Assembly (NCBI GenBank): GCA_045590715.1
Contig: JAZNRO010000124.1
Coordinates: forward strand, 960 to 64,959
Reading direction: 5' to 3'
Length of the DNA: 64,000 nt
Origin: Eubacteriales bacterium
GTDB taxonomy: Bacteria > Bacillota > Clostridia > Oscillospirales > SIG627
Below the pieces are notes generated by a model. It had not been told where the DNA came from. It worked only from the letters and a program-made list of their open reading frames with translations, and ran no database searches. The position numbers and the translations under genes were made by a program. The stretch's first letter is position 1. Every line of letters begins with the position of its first letter. Positions 9,441-19,542 of this stretch are shown here, piece after piece.

Positions 9441-10255
9441 TGAAAGTCGGACTGCAACTTTACAGCATCAGAGAAGCGCTTGCAAGCAATGTGCCGGGAA
9501 CGCTGAAGGCTGTAAAAGAAATGGGCTACGATTACGTAGAACTGGCAGGCGGCCGATACGGCCTTACCGGAAAAGAAATGAAAAAAGAAATAGAAAACGC
9601 AGGTCTTACCTGCGTTTCTATTCATTCTTCCCCCTCTCTTTATCTTCAGGATCGGGAAGACGTTCTTTCCTATATGAAAGATATGGGCGTATCTTACACG
9701 GTCATTCCCTGCCCTCCGGCACAACTGAAATCCTATACGGAAAACTGGGACGAGACCCTTCGTGTTTATGAAGAAATGGGCCATTTTTTCAAAGAAAACG
9801 GTCTTCAGCTTCTCTATCATAACCACGATTACGATTTCAAAGAGATCGACGGCAAGGTTATTATTGATACCCTGCTGGACAAACTAAAAGAAGTGGTTAT
9901 GCCCCAGCCGGATCTGGCCTGGGTCAGCTACGCCGGTACCAGACCTTCCGATTTTCTTTCTCGCCACAAGGGCCGTGTTCCCGTGGTACACATCAAAGAC
10001 TATATCTGCGAAAATCTTCCCAAAAAGCCCATTTGGCAGCTTTTGGCAGAAGGCCATCCGAGGCCCGAAAAGAAAAGTCTTGCGGGCTTTGACTACGCTC
10101 CCATCGGTCAGGGAGTTGAAATTTGGGATGAGGCACTGAAAGCCTGCAAAGAAGCAGGGGCAGAGTATCTTATCGTAGAACAGGATTCTTCTCCCGATCC
10201 CATGAGAACAGCGGCAGAAAGCCGTGCTTTTTTAAAAAATACCTTCAATCTCTAA
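9440..10255 (+). CDS. Sugar phosphate isomerase/epimerase (xylose-isomerase-like TIM barrel)
   Basis: 271 aa. MKVGLQLYSIRE start is typical of AP-endonuclease-2/TIM-barrel family members. 1-nt TAATG overlap with the upstream gene. Confidence 0.78.
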   Translation: MKVGLQLYSIREALASNVPGTLKAVKEMGYDYVELAGGRYGLTGKEMKKEIENAGLTCVSIHSSPSLYLQDREDVLSYMKDMGVSYTVIPCPPAQLKSYTENWDETLRVYEEMGHFFKENGLQLLYHNHDYDFKEIDGKVIIDTLLDKLKEVVMPQPDLAWVSYAGTRPSDFLSRHKGRVPVVHIKDYICENLPKKPIWQLLAEGHPRPEKKSLAGFDYAPIGQGVEIWDEALKACKEAGAEYLIVEQDSSPDPMRTAAESRAFLKNTFNL

Positions 10256-10271
10256 TTCAAAGGAGAAACAA

Positions 10272-11594
10272 ATGAGAGTAAAAATTCTTTGCCTAATTTT
10301 AGCGTTGTGCTTTTGTTTTCTTACCGGCTGTCAGTCCGGATTAATAACTCCAACTGATACTGCGGAAGAAACCAAAACCGAAGAAAAAAAGCCGGAGAAA
10401 GTGTATCCCAACGTAGGAAATCCCCTATCCTGGGAAAAGATTCGTGAAATCCCCATTGCAAACGACAGTATGACCGGGGAAGAACTGCGCAAGATCTGTG
10501 TAGACTATATGCGCCTCCAGCTTACCTTTGAATGGACGCCGGCGAAGACCCTCAGTTACTACTTTGAAACCAGAGGATATTCCATGGACTTTCCGGAAGG
10601 AAGAGTTTACGGCGGACTTCCCTATAAGACCTTTGACGGCAACGGAAACATTTATATCGTCATGGACTACTACGATCCGGAGACCGGTGTTCTAGATCCG
10701 GGCACCATTGCCGGAAAGAACTTTTTCTCTATTATCGGTAATGACTGTGCCAGCGGTCCTTTCTGGGCCTGGAGCAGAGTCATCAATTCCATTACCAATT
10801 TTAATGATTTTGAAAATCAGAACGGCTTTACCAACATCGGTCTTACCCCTCAGAACAACCTGATTCCCGTAGGTGGATATAAGAGCATTACCCAGGGCAC
10901 CTGGGACGACGGGAATGGCACCAAAGCCGTTTTAGAGCAAAACGGAACGGAAAAAATGTACGAATGCTACGCCCAGCTTCTGGAGGCTGACGGTCTGATC
11001 CGTTTATATCCCAAATATGAAGGGGCAGTACAAAGCCACAACCATCTGATGATGGTATCGGGAAAACCTAAAGTTGTGAGAAACGCCGACGGCACCATCA
11101 ACGGCGACCGCAGTTTCGTTACCATTATGGACCAGGAATCCTATATGTCCGAACAGCTGACGGAAAACGGTATTGTTCATTATGAAGGCGGTATTGACCT
11201 GGTATACACCTTCTCCAAACTTTATGAAGACTATTTCGCTCCATTCACCTTCAAGGAATTTTTAAAGACCGATCCGGTGGAAAAAGCAGAGGCCAGCATT
11301 AAAGTAGACGGAGATATGTACGACTACGAAACCCTGAAGACCGGTACGCTCAGTGCAAACTACGGTATTTCCCACGTAAGAATTACCTTCTTCGACAAAG
11401 AAGGTAATAAGGAATACAGTTATCGCCCCATCCCCAAAGATTGCGATACCCGGAATTTCAAGCTGAAAGATCTTCTTCTCCCCGCCTCCAAATGGCACGC
11501 TACGGAAGAAAACACCTGCGTCATCACTGCCTTCCTGGGCACGGGCGAAGAAATTGAAGTTCTGCGAGGCACTGTTTATCAAAAAAATTCATAA
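10272..11594 (+). CDS. Lipoprotein of unknown family, paralog 1 (putative Cys/His hydrolase)
   Basis: Signal peptide with lipobox LTGC. AAGGAG RBS. Motifs IIGNDCASGPFWAWSRV and EADGLI...SHNHLMM. The family is not one I recognise. Confidence 0.7.
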   Translation: MRVKILCLILALCFCFLTGCQSGLITPTDTAEETKTEEKKPEKVYPNVGNPLSWEKIREIPIANDSMTGEELRKICVDYMRLQLTFEWTPAKTLSYYFETRGYSMDFPEGRVYGGLPYKTFDGNGNIYIVMDYYDPETGVLDPGTIAGKNFFSIIGNDCASGPFWAWSRVINSITNFNDFENQNGFTNIGLTPQNNLIPVGGYKSITQGTWDDGNGTKAVLEQNGTEKMYECYAQLLEADGLIRLYPKYEGAVQSHNHLMMVSGKPKVVRNADGTINGDRSFVTIMDQESYMSEQLTENGIVHYEGGIDLVYTFSKLYEDYFAPFTFKEFLKTDPVEKAEASIKVDGDMYDYETLKTGTLSANYGISHVRITFFDKEGNKEYSYRPIPKDCDTRNFKLKDLLLPASKWHATEENTCVITAFLGTGEEIEVLRGTVYQKNS

Positions 11595-11625
11595 GTAAAC
11601 CGAAGTAATATAAAGGAGTATCTAT

Positions 11626-12939
11626 TTGAAAGTAAGGCTGTTTTGTTTCACCCTGGCTCTTCTTACTTGTTTTCTTTCCGCCTGCCAATCTTCGCTGGCA
11701 AGCCGCGATACCTGGGAAGGCCCGAAAACAACAGAGGAACAAAAAGAGGAAAAACCATACGAATATCCCAAGGTAGCAAATTCCCTATCCTGGGAAAAGA
11801 TTCGTGCCATTCCTCTGGCAAATAACAATATGACTGAAGCAGAGCTGAGAAAGATCTGCACGGACTTTATGCGCCTTCAGCTGACTTTCGAGTGGACGCC
11901 CGCAAAATCCATCGTCTATCTTCTTGGCGACAAGAACATGGAGTTCCCCGCAGGGAAAGTCTACGGCGGACTTCCCTATATGACCTTTAATGCAAACGGA
12001 AATCTTTATATCGTAATGGACTATTACGATCCCGAAACCGGTATTCTGGATCCCGGTGACGTGCCGGTAAACAATTTTGGCAGTATTATCGGAAACGACT
12101 GCGCTGTTTCTCCCTTCTGGGCCTGGAGCAGAGTTATCAATTCTCCCACCAACTTTAAAGATTTTGAAAATCAGTACGGATTTACAAACCTTGGCTTAAC
12201 GCCCCAAAACAACTTGATTCCCGTAGGAGGATATGAAAGCATATCCGAAGGTACCTGGGATGACGGAGACGGGACGAGAGGGGTATGTGAACGCAACGGA
12301 AGACAAAAAATCTACGAATGTTATGCAAAGCTTCAGGAGGCAGACGGGTTTATTCACTTCTACCCCGATACCCCCACCTGGAACAACAATCACCTGATGA
12401 TGTGCTCCTCAAAGGCAACCGTCGTACGTAATGAGGACGGCACCATCGACGGAGCAAAAAGCTTCGTTACCATTCTGGATCAAAGATCCAAAAAGACTGC
12501 TACCAAAACCGAAAACGGTACGGTTCTTTACGAAGGCGGTGTTGACGCTGTCTTCACCTTTGACCAGCTCTACAAGGAATACTATATTCCCTTTACCTTT
12601 AAAGAATTTTTAGGAACGGACCCGGTTGATAAGGGTGAAGCAAAGATCGTAGCAGACGGTGATATAAGTGATTTTGAAACACTGAAAAAAGGTAAGATTT
12701 CATCCAATTACGGTATTTCCCACGTTCGTATCAAGTTTTTAGATAAAGACGGAAATGAAAAATACGCAAAACGGTCCATTCCCAAGTTTTGTGATACCAG
12801 AAATTATGAACTGAAAAATCTTCTGCTTCCCGGTGCGAAATTCCATGCCAAGGAAGGAAACACCTGTGTGATCACAGCCTTTATCGGAACGGGAGAAGAA
12901 ATTGAAGTTTTCCGCGGTCCGCTGGTAGCCAAAAAGTAA
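11626..12939 (+). CDS. Lipoprotein of unknown family, paralog 2
   Basis: TTG start with AAGGAG 8 nt upstream. Lipobox LSAC. Collinear with paralog 1, roughly two-thirds identical by eye. Confidence 0.7.
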   Translation: MKVRLFCFTLALLTCFLSACQSSLASRDTWEGPKTTEEQKEEKPYEYPKVANSLSWEKIRAIPLANNNMTEAELRKICTDFMRLQLTFEWTPAKSIVYLLGDKNMEFPAGKVYGGLPYMTFNANGNLYIVMDYYDPETGILDPGDVPVNNFGSIIGNDCAVSPFWAWSRVINSPTNFKDFENQYGFTNLGLTPQNNLIPVGGYESISEGTWDDGDGTRGVCERNGRQKIYECYAKLQEADGFIHFYPDTPTWNNNHLMMCSSKATVVRNEDGTIDGAKSFVTILDQRSKKTATKTENGTVLYEGGVDAVFTFDQLYKEYYIPFTFKEFLGTDPVDKGEAKIVADGDISDFETLKKGKISSNYGISHVRIKFLDKDGNEKYAKRSIPKFCDTRNYELKNLLLPGAKFHAKEGNTCVITAFIGTGEEIEVFRGPLVAKK

Positions 12940-12949
12940 AAAAAGAAAA

Positions 12950-12983
12950 AGAAAAACACCCTTTCGGGTGTTTTCTTTTTTTA
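12950..12983. terminator. Bidirectional intrinsic terminator
   Basis: AACACCC-TTTC-GGGTGTT hairpin flanked by A- and T-runs, between the convergent lipoprotein gene and glyQS. Confidence 0.7.
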
Positions 12984-12986
12984 TTC

Positions 12987-14378
12987 TTAAAATTTGATCT
13001 TTTCTGCGATATAAGAGGAAACTTCCGTTAAAGGCAGACGGATCTGCTCCATGGAATCTCTATCACGAACGGTAACGCAGCCGTCGTGTTCCGTATCAAA
13101 GTCGTAGGTGATACAGAAAGGCGTACCGATCTCGTCCTGACGGCGGTAGCGCTTACCAATAGAGCCTGCTTCATCAAATTCCACGTTGAATTCAGAAGAC
13201 AGGGTCTGGTAAAGCTCGCGGGCCTTATCGGAAAGTTTCTTGGAAAGAGGCAGTACAGCCGCTTTCACAGGAGCCAGGGCGGGATGGAAATGCATTACCA
13301 CACGGGTATCGTTCTCTCCTACCTCTTCTTCATCATACGCCTGGCAAAGGAAGGCAAGGGTGATACGGTCTGCGCCCAGAGAGGGTTCGATTACGTAAGG
13401 AACGTACTTTTCGCCGGTTTCCGGATCGAAATATTCCATAGGCTCACCGGAATGGTTAGCATGCTGGGTAAGGTCGTAATCGGTTCTGTCTGCAATACCC
13501 CAAAGTTCGCCCCAACCGAAGGGGAACATAAATTCAAAGTCGGTGGTTGCCTTGGAGTAGAAGCAAAGTTCGTCCTGGTCGTGATCCCGCAGACGGAGAT
13601 TTTCTTTCTCGATACCAAGGTCATAAAGGAATTTTTCGCAGTATGCTCTCCAATAAGAGAACCACTCAAGGTCGGTACCGGGCTTACAGAAGAACTCCAG
13701 TTCCATCTGTTCAAATTCGCGGATACGGAAAATGAAGTTACCGGGGGTGATCTCGTTACGGAAAGATTTACCGATCTGTCCTACGCCGAAAGGAATCTTT
13801 TTACGGCTGGTACGCTGGATATTCTTAAAGTTTACAAAGATACCCTGGGCCGTTTCGGGACGAAGATGAAGCTCGGAAGAAGAGTCTTCGGTAACGCCCT
13901 GGAAGGTTTTGAACATCAGATTAAACTTACGGATATCGGTAAAATCACCGGAGCCGCAGGAAGGACACGCAATGTGCTTTTCACGGATGAAATCGGAAAG
14001 CTGCTGGTTGTCCCATCCGCCGGGATTGATATCAAGACCGTTTTCCGCGATATAATCCTCAACCAGTTTATCGGCTCTGTGACGGGTCTTACAAACCTTG
14101 CAGTCCATCAGGGGATCGGAAAATCCGCCTACGTGACCGGAAGCCACCCATACCTGGGGGTTCATCAGAATAGCACTGTCAAGACCTACGTTATAAGGGC
14201 TTTCCTGGACGAATTTCTTCCACCAGGCGCGCTTAATATTATTTTTCAGTTCTACACCCAAAGGGCCGTAGTCCCAAGAGTTGGCAAGACCGCCGTAGAT
14301 CTCGCTGCCGGGATATACAAAGCCTCTGCCTTTACAGAGAGCTACGATCTTATCCATGGTTTTTTCTGTATTCTTCAT
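12987..14378 (-). CDS. glyQS: Glycine--tRNA ligase (single-chain class II)
   Basis: [25 protein letters not shown] and other GlyRS motifs. ATG at 14378 preferred (AAGGAG upstream); the track ORF extends to 14399. Confidence 0.93.
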   Translation of the reverse strand: MKNTEKTMDKIVALCKGRGFVYPGSEIYGGLANSWDYGPLGVELKNNIKRAWWKKFVQESPYNVGLDSAILMNPQVWVASGHVGGFSDPLMDCKVCKTRHRADKLVEDYIAENGLDINPGGWDNQQLSDFIREKHIACPSCGSGDFTDIRKFNLMFKTFQGVTEDSSSELHLRPETAQGIFVNFKNIQRTSRKKIPFGVGQIGKSFRNEITPGNFIFRIREFEQMELEFFCKPGTDLEWFSYWRAYCEKFLYDLGIEKENLRLRDHDQDELCFYSKATTDFEFMFPFGWGELWGIADRTDYDLTQHANHSGEPMEYFDPETGEKYVPYVIEPSLGADRITLAFLCQAYDEEEVGENDTRVVMHFHPALAPVKAAVLPLSKKLSDKARELYQTLSSEFNVEFDEAGSIGKRYRRQDEIGTPFCITYDFDTEHDGCVTVRDRDSMEQIRLPLTEVSSYIAEKIKF

Positions 14379-14422
14379 TCTTTTTTCTCCTTCATCCATC
14401 GGGGGAATCTTAAAACATTAAT

Positions 14423-14450
14423 ATTATACCGATTATCCAAAAAAAGTCAA
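14423..14450 (-). promoter_or_regulatory. Sigma-A-like promoter for glyQS
   Basis: Minus strand TTGACT, 16 nt spacer, TATAAT, in the 53-74-nt gap after the ABC gene stop. Confidence 0.5.
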
Positions 14451-14452
14451 AT

Positions 14453-16681
14453 CTACTTTTTCTTTTTCTCTACCCGGGACATTTCTCTCTGGGCAATAAC
14501 AAGGGACTGATAAATACCCTCTTTTGCCACCAGTTCTTCGTGAGACCCTACCTGGGCTACGGTTTTCTCATCCAGTACCAATATCTTTGTGGCGTTACGA
14601 AGAGTGGAAAGTCTGTGAGCGATAGCAATGGTAGTTCTGTCTTTACAAAGATAAGCCAGGGAATCCTGGATCATTTTTTCCGTTTCGGTATCAAGAGCGC
14701 TGGTTGCTTCATCCAAAATGAGGATCTTGGGATCGTGCAAAATGGCGCGGGCAATGGCAATTCTCTGCCGTTCACCGCCGGATAAGGTATAGCCCTTCTC
14801 CCCTACCAGAGTATCGTATCCATCCGGCAGTTTCATAATGAAACTGTGGGCGTTGGCAAGGCGGGCGGCGCGGATCACCTCGTCAAAGGTGGCATCCGGC
14901 TTTGCATAAGCCAGATTATCGTAAATGGTACCGGAAAAGAGAAAGGTTTCCTGGAGCACCACACCGATCTGGGAACGAAGACTGTGCTGGGAAATATCCC
15001 GCACGTCCACGCCGTCGATGAGAATACGGCCTCTTTGCACGTCATAAAGACGCATAATGAGGTTAATTAAGGTACTCTTACCTACACCGCTTCGTCCCAC
15101 GATACCCAGCATTTCGCCGGGACCTACGGAGACGGAAACGTTTTCCAGCACGTTTTCATTTTCATCGTAGCCAAACCAGATATTCTCTACGTCGATCTGA
15201 CCTTTTACGGTAATGTCTTTGGCGTCTTTGCGGTCAGCCACGTCGGGATCTTCTTCCAGCACCTCAAATACTTTATTCACTGCCGTCATCGCCTGCTGGA
15301 TCCTACGGGGATACATAGCCATAGAACGAAGAGGAGTATAAATGAGACTGACGAAGGAAGAAAACATAGTAAGCTGACCGATGGTCATATTTTCTTTTAA
15401 AATTTCATTTCCCGCATAATAGAGCAGAATAAAATTGCCGATCTGAATGAGATACTCTGCATAAGGAACAAGCTTGGCCCAGGCTGTTTCATTGCGCACT
15501 GCAATGTTCCTTTGGGCGCTGATGGCTTTGTCATACTTTGCGATCTCATTTTTCTCCGTGCCGAATACCTTTACCACTCTCACGCCCTGGAATACGTCGT
15601 GGAGAACGGAATTAGCGTTGGCATTTTCCACCCAATGACGGCGGTAAAGACGATGATTGCGGTGCCATACAAAGCGGAAAAGCAAAATCACAAAAGGCGC
15701 GGGGATCAAAATCATCAAAGCCATTTTCCAGGAATAGGAGAAGAGCATCACCGCAACGAAAACGATAATGAAGACCTGCTCAATGAGATTGGGCAAAAAT
15801 CCCGTAAGAAAGTTTGAAATAACAGTGGTATCCGAAGATACGCGGTTGATCAGATCGCCGGCAGTATGACGGGAGATACCCGCAACGGACAAAGACTGGA
15901 TCTTGGCATACAGTTCTTTACGCAAAAGCACCACCGTATGGATGCTGACACGGGATAAAATAATATTGCGCAAAATGGTGGAAAGGCTCATGAGAAGACG
16001 GAGAGCCGCCATAGAAAGAACAATGATGATAGCGGGGGTAAAATTGGAAAGCACCGATGCAGGATCACCGGTATTTAAATAATTGTCTACAAAATCACCC
16101 TGCAGCATAGGAAGCCAAAGGTTGGTCAGAGAATGCAAGGTGAAAAGAAGCATGGAGAAAAGGATCAGTCCCATCTGCCCTTTCACAAGGCGATACATTT
16201 TCCCTGCCGCGCTCTTTTTTTCTCCGCAATGGGGACAGCGGGCGCTTCCCTTCAATAGCGGCCTACGGCACTTGGGGCAAACCGATTCCCGAGGCACGAA
16301 CTGCACCTCTTCCGGTTTTAATACGCCGTCGGATACTTCTTTTAAAATACGAGTAAGCTGGGAAAGGTTATCCTTTCCGGAACCGAACAGACGGCAAAAT
16401 TCCTGCCACTGTCCGTCATAAAGAATCATGCAAGCGGCTCCGCCGAAAAAGGGTTCGTAACGGGCATCGGAAATTTTATCAAAAGGATAGCATTTTCTCT
16501 CGCCGCTTTCCAGTGCTACGGTATAAAGGCCTTTTCGGCCAAAGAGGACAAGGGTATCTTTTCCCTTCCCCTTTGAATCTAAATTGGCAAGGAAGGAAAA
16601 GAGTACCTTCTCCGACAGATCCTTGGTAGCAGAAGCGATTTCTTCCCGGATCTTTTCATCAAAAAGTACAGACTGTTCCAA
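14453..16681 (-). CDS. ABC exporter half-transporter (TMD-NBD) with N-terminal zinc-ribbon extension
   Basis: 742 aa. About 170-aa pre-TM extension ending in CPKCRRPLLKGSARCPHC. Six-TM region. Walker A GRSGVGKST, signature LSGGERQR, Walker B ILILDEATS. Confidence 0.88.
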   Translation of the reverse strand: MEQSVLFDEKIREEIASATKDLSEKVLFSFLANLDSKGKGKDTLVLFGRKGLYTVALESGERKCYPFDKISDARYEPFFGGAACMILYDGQWQEFCRLFGSGKDNLSQLTRILKEVSDGVLKPEEVQFVPRESVCPKCRRPLLKGSARCPHCGEKKSAAGKMYRLVKGQMGLILFSMLLFTLHSLTNLWLPMLQGDFVDNYLNTGDPASVLSNFTPAIIIVLSMAALRLLMSLSTILRNIILSRVSIHTVVLLRKELYAKIQSLSVAGISRHTAGDLINRVSSDTTVISNFLTGFLPNLIEQVFIIVFVAVMLFSYSWKMALMILIPAPFVILLFRFVWHRNHRLYRRHWVENANANSVLHDVFQGVRVVKVFGTEKNEIAKYDKAISAQRNIAVRNETAWAKLVPYAEYLIQIGNFILLYYAGNEILKENMTIGQLTMFSSFVSLIYTPLRSMAMYPRRIQQAMTAVNKVFEVLEEDPDVADRKDAKDITVKGQIDVENIWFGYDENENVLENVSVSVGPGEMLGIVGRSGVGKSTLINLIMRLYDVQRGRILIDGVDVRDISQHSLRSQIGVVLQETFLFSGTIYDNLAYAKPDATFDEVIRAARLANAHSFIMKLPDGYDTLVGEKGYTLSGGERQRIAIARAILHDPKILILDEATSALDTETEKMIQDSLAYLCKDRTTIAIAHRLSTLRNATKILVLDEKTVAQVGSHEELVAKEGIYQSLVIAQREMSRVEKKKK

Positions 16682-16699
16682 TTTTTTCTCCTTTTTGCT

Positions 16700-17212
16700 T
16701 TATAAGTAAAGTTCAATTTTGGAATGGCTCTTTTTGTCCATTCTCTCAATGCTCTCGATCTCATACCGACAGCCGTCTACGTCCACTACATAGGCTCTGT
16801 CTTCGCCCAGGCGGAGAATACTTCTGTGAGGATCTTTTACCGTGAATTTCCGAAGGCCGTAATCGGTTTCGCAATCCCAGAAAGAAGAGCCGAATTTCTC
16901 TTCCAGCTTCACGATCTTTAAGATCTTGGGTGCAAAATATTTCTTTTTCAGTTCTTCCTGAATGAGATTTTTCGTATCCTCATCAAAATCGGAAAGAGCG
17001 CGGATCATTCCCACTTCTTCCTTTGCTTCATTCTGGACACAGATGTATTCCGTTTCCGTTTTAAAGGGAAAGGCCAGGGAAAGGAAGGCTCTGCCCTCAA
17101 AATCTTTTTCCCGGATCCGTACCATCAAAAGGCCGGTGGGAGAAAGAAAGAAATTGCTGTTTTCCCCGTTTAGCAAAAGGGTATCTGTCAGTTTATCCAG
17201 TCCTTCTATCAT
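16700..17212 (-). CDS. Soluble 170-aa protein, DUF1854-like (assignment from memory)
   Basis: No signal peptide or TM. Sandwiched between the two ABC genes with 8- and 18-nt gaps. Motifs LSLAFPF, KKYFAPKILKI and DVDGCRYEI resemble DUF1854 as I recall it. Confidence 0.55.
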   Translation of the reverse strand: MIEGLDKLTDTLLLNGENSNFFLSPTGLLMVRIREKDFEGRAFLSLAFPFKTETEYICVQNEAKEEVGMIRALSDFDEDTKNLIQEELKKKYFAPKILKIVKLEEKFGSSFWDCETDYGLRKFTVKDPHRSILRLGEDRAYVVDVDGCRYEIESIERMDKKSHSKIELYL

Positions 17213-17220
17213 GGTAACTC

Positions 17221-19512
17221 CTATTCTTCAATTCCGATGGTTTTCAGTGCTTCCATCTGGAGTTTATAAAGCTTATGATATACCCCTTCTTTTTCCAGAA
17301 GGGTCTTATGGGTTCCCTCTTCTACCACCTTGCCGTCCTCTACTACAATGAGAGAATCCGCATCACGAAGAGTAGATAAGCGATGGGCAATAATGAGGGT
17401 AGTACGATTCTCAGTGATCACCTGCAAGGCATCCTGGATCTTCCGCTCGGTTTTGGTATCCATAGCCGCGGTAGCCTCGTCCAAAATGAGAATAGCCGGG
17501 TCCTTTAAAATGGCTCTGGCAATAGAAATTCTCTGCTTTTCACCGCCGGAGAGCATTTTTTTATCTACACCCACCTGGGTTTCATAGCCGTCGGGAAATG
17601 ACATAATAAAGTCGTGACAGCCTGCCGCTTTGGAAGCCGCCAGAACTTCTTCCGCGCCGGCTTCGGGGGAAGCGTAACGAATATTATCCAGGATCGTTCC
17701 TCTAAAAAGATAGGTTTCCTGGGATACGATGGCCACGTGGTCCCGAAGGGTCTTGAAAGATAAATCTTTGATATCCACGCCGTCAATGGTAATTTTACCG
17801 GACTGGGCGTCGTAAAGGCGGGTGAGAAGATTAGCAAGGGTGCTTTTGCCTGCGCCCGTATGACCTACGATGCCCAGGGTCTTGCCGGCAGGAACGGTAA
17901 AGCTTACGTCCTGGATGGTCTTTTTACCGGGGGCGTAGGAGAAATTTACGTGGTCAAAGATAACCTCGCCCTTTACCTTTTCCAGGGTAATAGCATCTTC
18001 TTTTTCCTTTACTTCCGGCTCCGTATCCATAATCTGGAAGAGTCTTTGGAGAGCGTTCATACCGTTGGCAAGATTGCTTAAAAAGTTAGCAAAAAAGCCA
18101 AGGGGTGTATAGAGCATGGAAAGATAGGAGATGAAAAGGCTTAAAACACCGAAGCTGATACCGGTACCTGGATGAATGGCACCGCGAAGAACCAGGTATC
18201 CGCCAAAGCCCCAAACCAGGTATACACCAAGGCGCATACTAAGATTTAACAGGGGGAAAATGGTACTGTTTCTCACGTTTACCCGGAAATTGGTGCGGGA
18301 AAGAGCGGTGCTATTGCGATGAAAACGGGCCACCTCCGCCTCTTCCCGGGAAAAGGCCTTTACAATGCGCATACCGCTCAAAACGTCGGAAAGGACGCCG
18401 TTGAAACGGGAGCGGTGGGTATGCATCTCCGCGTGCAAACGGCGGAACATCCGCAAGGTAAGATAATAGCCAACGAAAACGAAAGGAATGGGTATGAGAA
18501 TAAGAAGGGTAAGGGGAACGTTGATGGTAAACATCACCGCCATGATCCCCACCATCTGAATCACGTTGGTAAGGAAATAAGGCACACCGTCGCAGAAGAA
18601 CCAGTAAAGAGTTTCTGCATCGGAATTGATCTGAGTGATAAGTCTTCCCGTGTGGCGGGAGGTGAAGAAGGAGAAAGACAATCTCTCAAAAGAGGAAAAG
18701 ATGGTCTTTTTCAGATCGTATGAAACAAAGGCGGAAACGTGGGCGCCTACGATTCCGTTGATAGTGCCTACCACTGCCTGGAGAAGACCTGCCAGGGCAA
18801 CGGAAAGGACCAATATCATAATTTTTCCGTAAAGGGGGGAGCCGGGGGTCAAAACCTCGTCATACAAAACTTTGTTATTTAACAGCGGTACGACCACACT
18901 GATAGCGCCGGATAAAATTACCGTTAAAAACACCAAAAGGATCTGCTTTTTATAGCGGTAAAAAAAGGGCAAAAGCTTCTTTACCAGACTTTTTTTACTA
19001 AGGCACCGCTTACAAAGTTTTTTCTCCGGATCGTCGTAAGGACGGGAGCAATGAGGGCAGTAAGCTTTTTCCCTCTCTTCCCTTTGGCGAAGAGAACCGT
19101 TTTCTTTATAATACTCTACCTGAGAAGTAAAATCGTAAAGAACGCCTCTTTTCGCACAAGTGGTATAAAAAAGAGTCTCTTCTCTTCCGTCTTTCCTCAG
19201 AAGCACCACGCGGATAACGGAGATCTGCTCCTCACACTTAATCTTTTCAATTTCTTCCAGAGGAACAAATACGTAATCAAGCTCGGTAAAGACGGGCTGG
19301 CTTTTCCGGGCAGAAAAGAAAGAAGCACCTTTCTTCTCCGCAAGGCCGAAAAGGCAAAAGAGCGATGCGATGCCTTCCGCTGTCAAGACGGTATAGGCGT
19401 CACAATAAAGCTCTTCTCTTGCCATATCGGTCTTTATGAGAAGGAGTGCTTCATCCGTATTGATTCCCTTTTTCAGGAAAGCATTTTTTACTTCTTCCGG
19501 CAGATTGATCAT
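17221..19512 (-). CDS. ABC exporter half-transporter (TMD-NBD) with N-terminal zinc-ribbon extension
   Basis: 763 aa. About 190-aa extension ending in CPHCSRPYDDPEKKLCKRC. Walker A GHTGAGKST, signature LSGGEKQR, Walker B ILILDEATA. Confidence 0.88.
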   Translation of the reverse strand: MINLPEEVKNAFLKKGINTDEALLLIKTDMAREELYCDAYTVLTAEGIASLFCLFGLAEKKGASFFSARKSQPVFTELDYVFVPLEEIEKIKCEEQISVIRVVLLRKDGREETLFYTTCAKRGVLYDFTSQVEYYKENGSLRQREEREKAYCPHCSRPYDDPEKKLCKRCLSKKSLVKKLLPFFYRYKKQILLVFLTVILSGAISVVVPLLNNKVLYDEVLTPGSPLYGKIMILVLSVALAGLLQAVVGTINGIVGAHVSAFVSYDLKKTIFSSFERLSFSFFTSRHTGRLITQINSDAETLYWFFCDGVPYFLTNVIQMVGIMAVMFTINVPLTLLILIPIPFVFVGYYLTLRMFRRLHAEMHTHRSRFNGVLSDVLSGMRIVKAFSREEAEVARFHRNSTALSRTNFRVNVRNSTIFPLLNLSMRLGVYLVWGFGGYLVLRGAIHPGTGISFGVLSLFISYLSMLYTPLGFFANFLSNLANGMNALQRLFQIMDTEPEVKEKEDAITLEKVKGEVIFDHVNFSYAPGKKTIQDVSFTVPAGKTLGIVGHTGAGKSTLANLLTRLYDAQSGKITIDGVDIKDLSFKTLRDHVAIVSQETYLFRGTILDNIRYASPEAGAEEVLAASKAAGCHDFIMSFPDGYETQVGVDKKMLSGGEKQRISIARAILKDPAILILDEATAAMDTKTERKIQDALQVITENRTTLIIAHRLSTLRDADSLIVVEDGKVVEEGTHKTLLEKEGVYHKLYKLQMEALKTIGIEE

Positions 19513-19542
19513 TTTATTTTTTCCTCATTTTTTCCTTCCTCT

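Noticed and set aside
13086-14510. Very long antisense ORFs mirroring real genes: 474 aa opposite glyQS, 625 aa opposite leuS (60796..62673), 510 aa opposite prkC (54769..56301), 389 aa opposite ispH-rpsA (41146..42315), 366 aa opposite the large secreted protein (30818..31918) and 302 aa opposite murB (2212..3120).
   Set aside because: Each lies exactly within a confidently identified gene on the other strand. None has an RBS or recognisable motifs, and their compositions are low-complexity (G/V/F/K-rich). Stop-codon depletion in the antisense frame is the expected by-product of the sense-strand codon bias.
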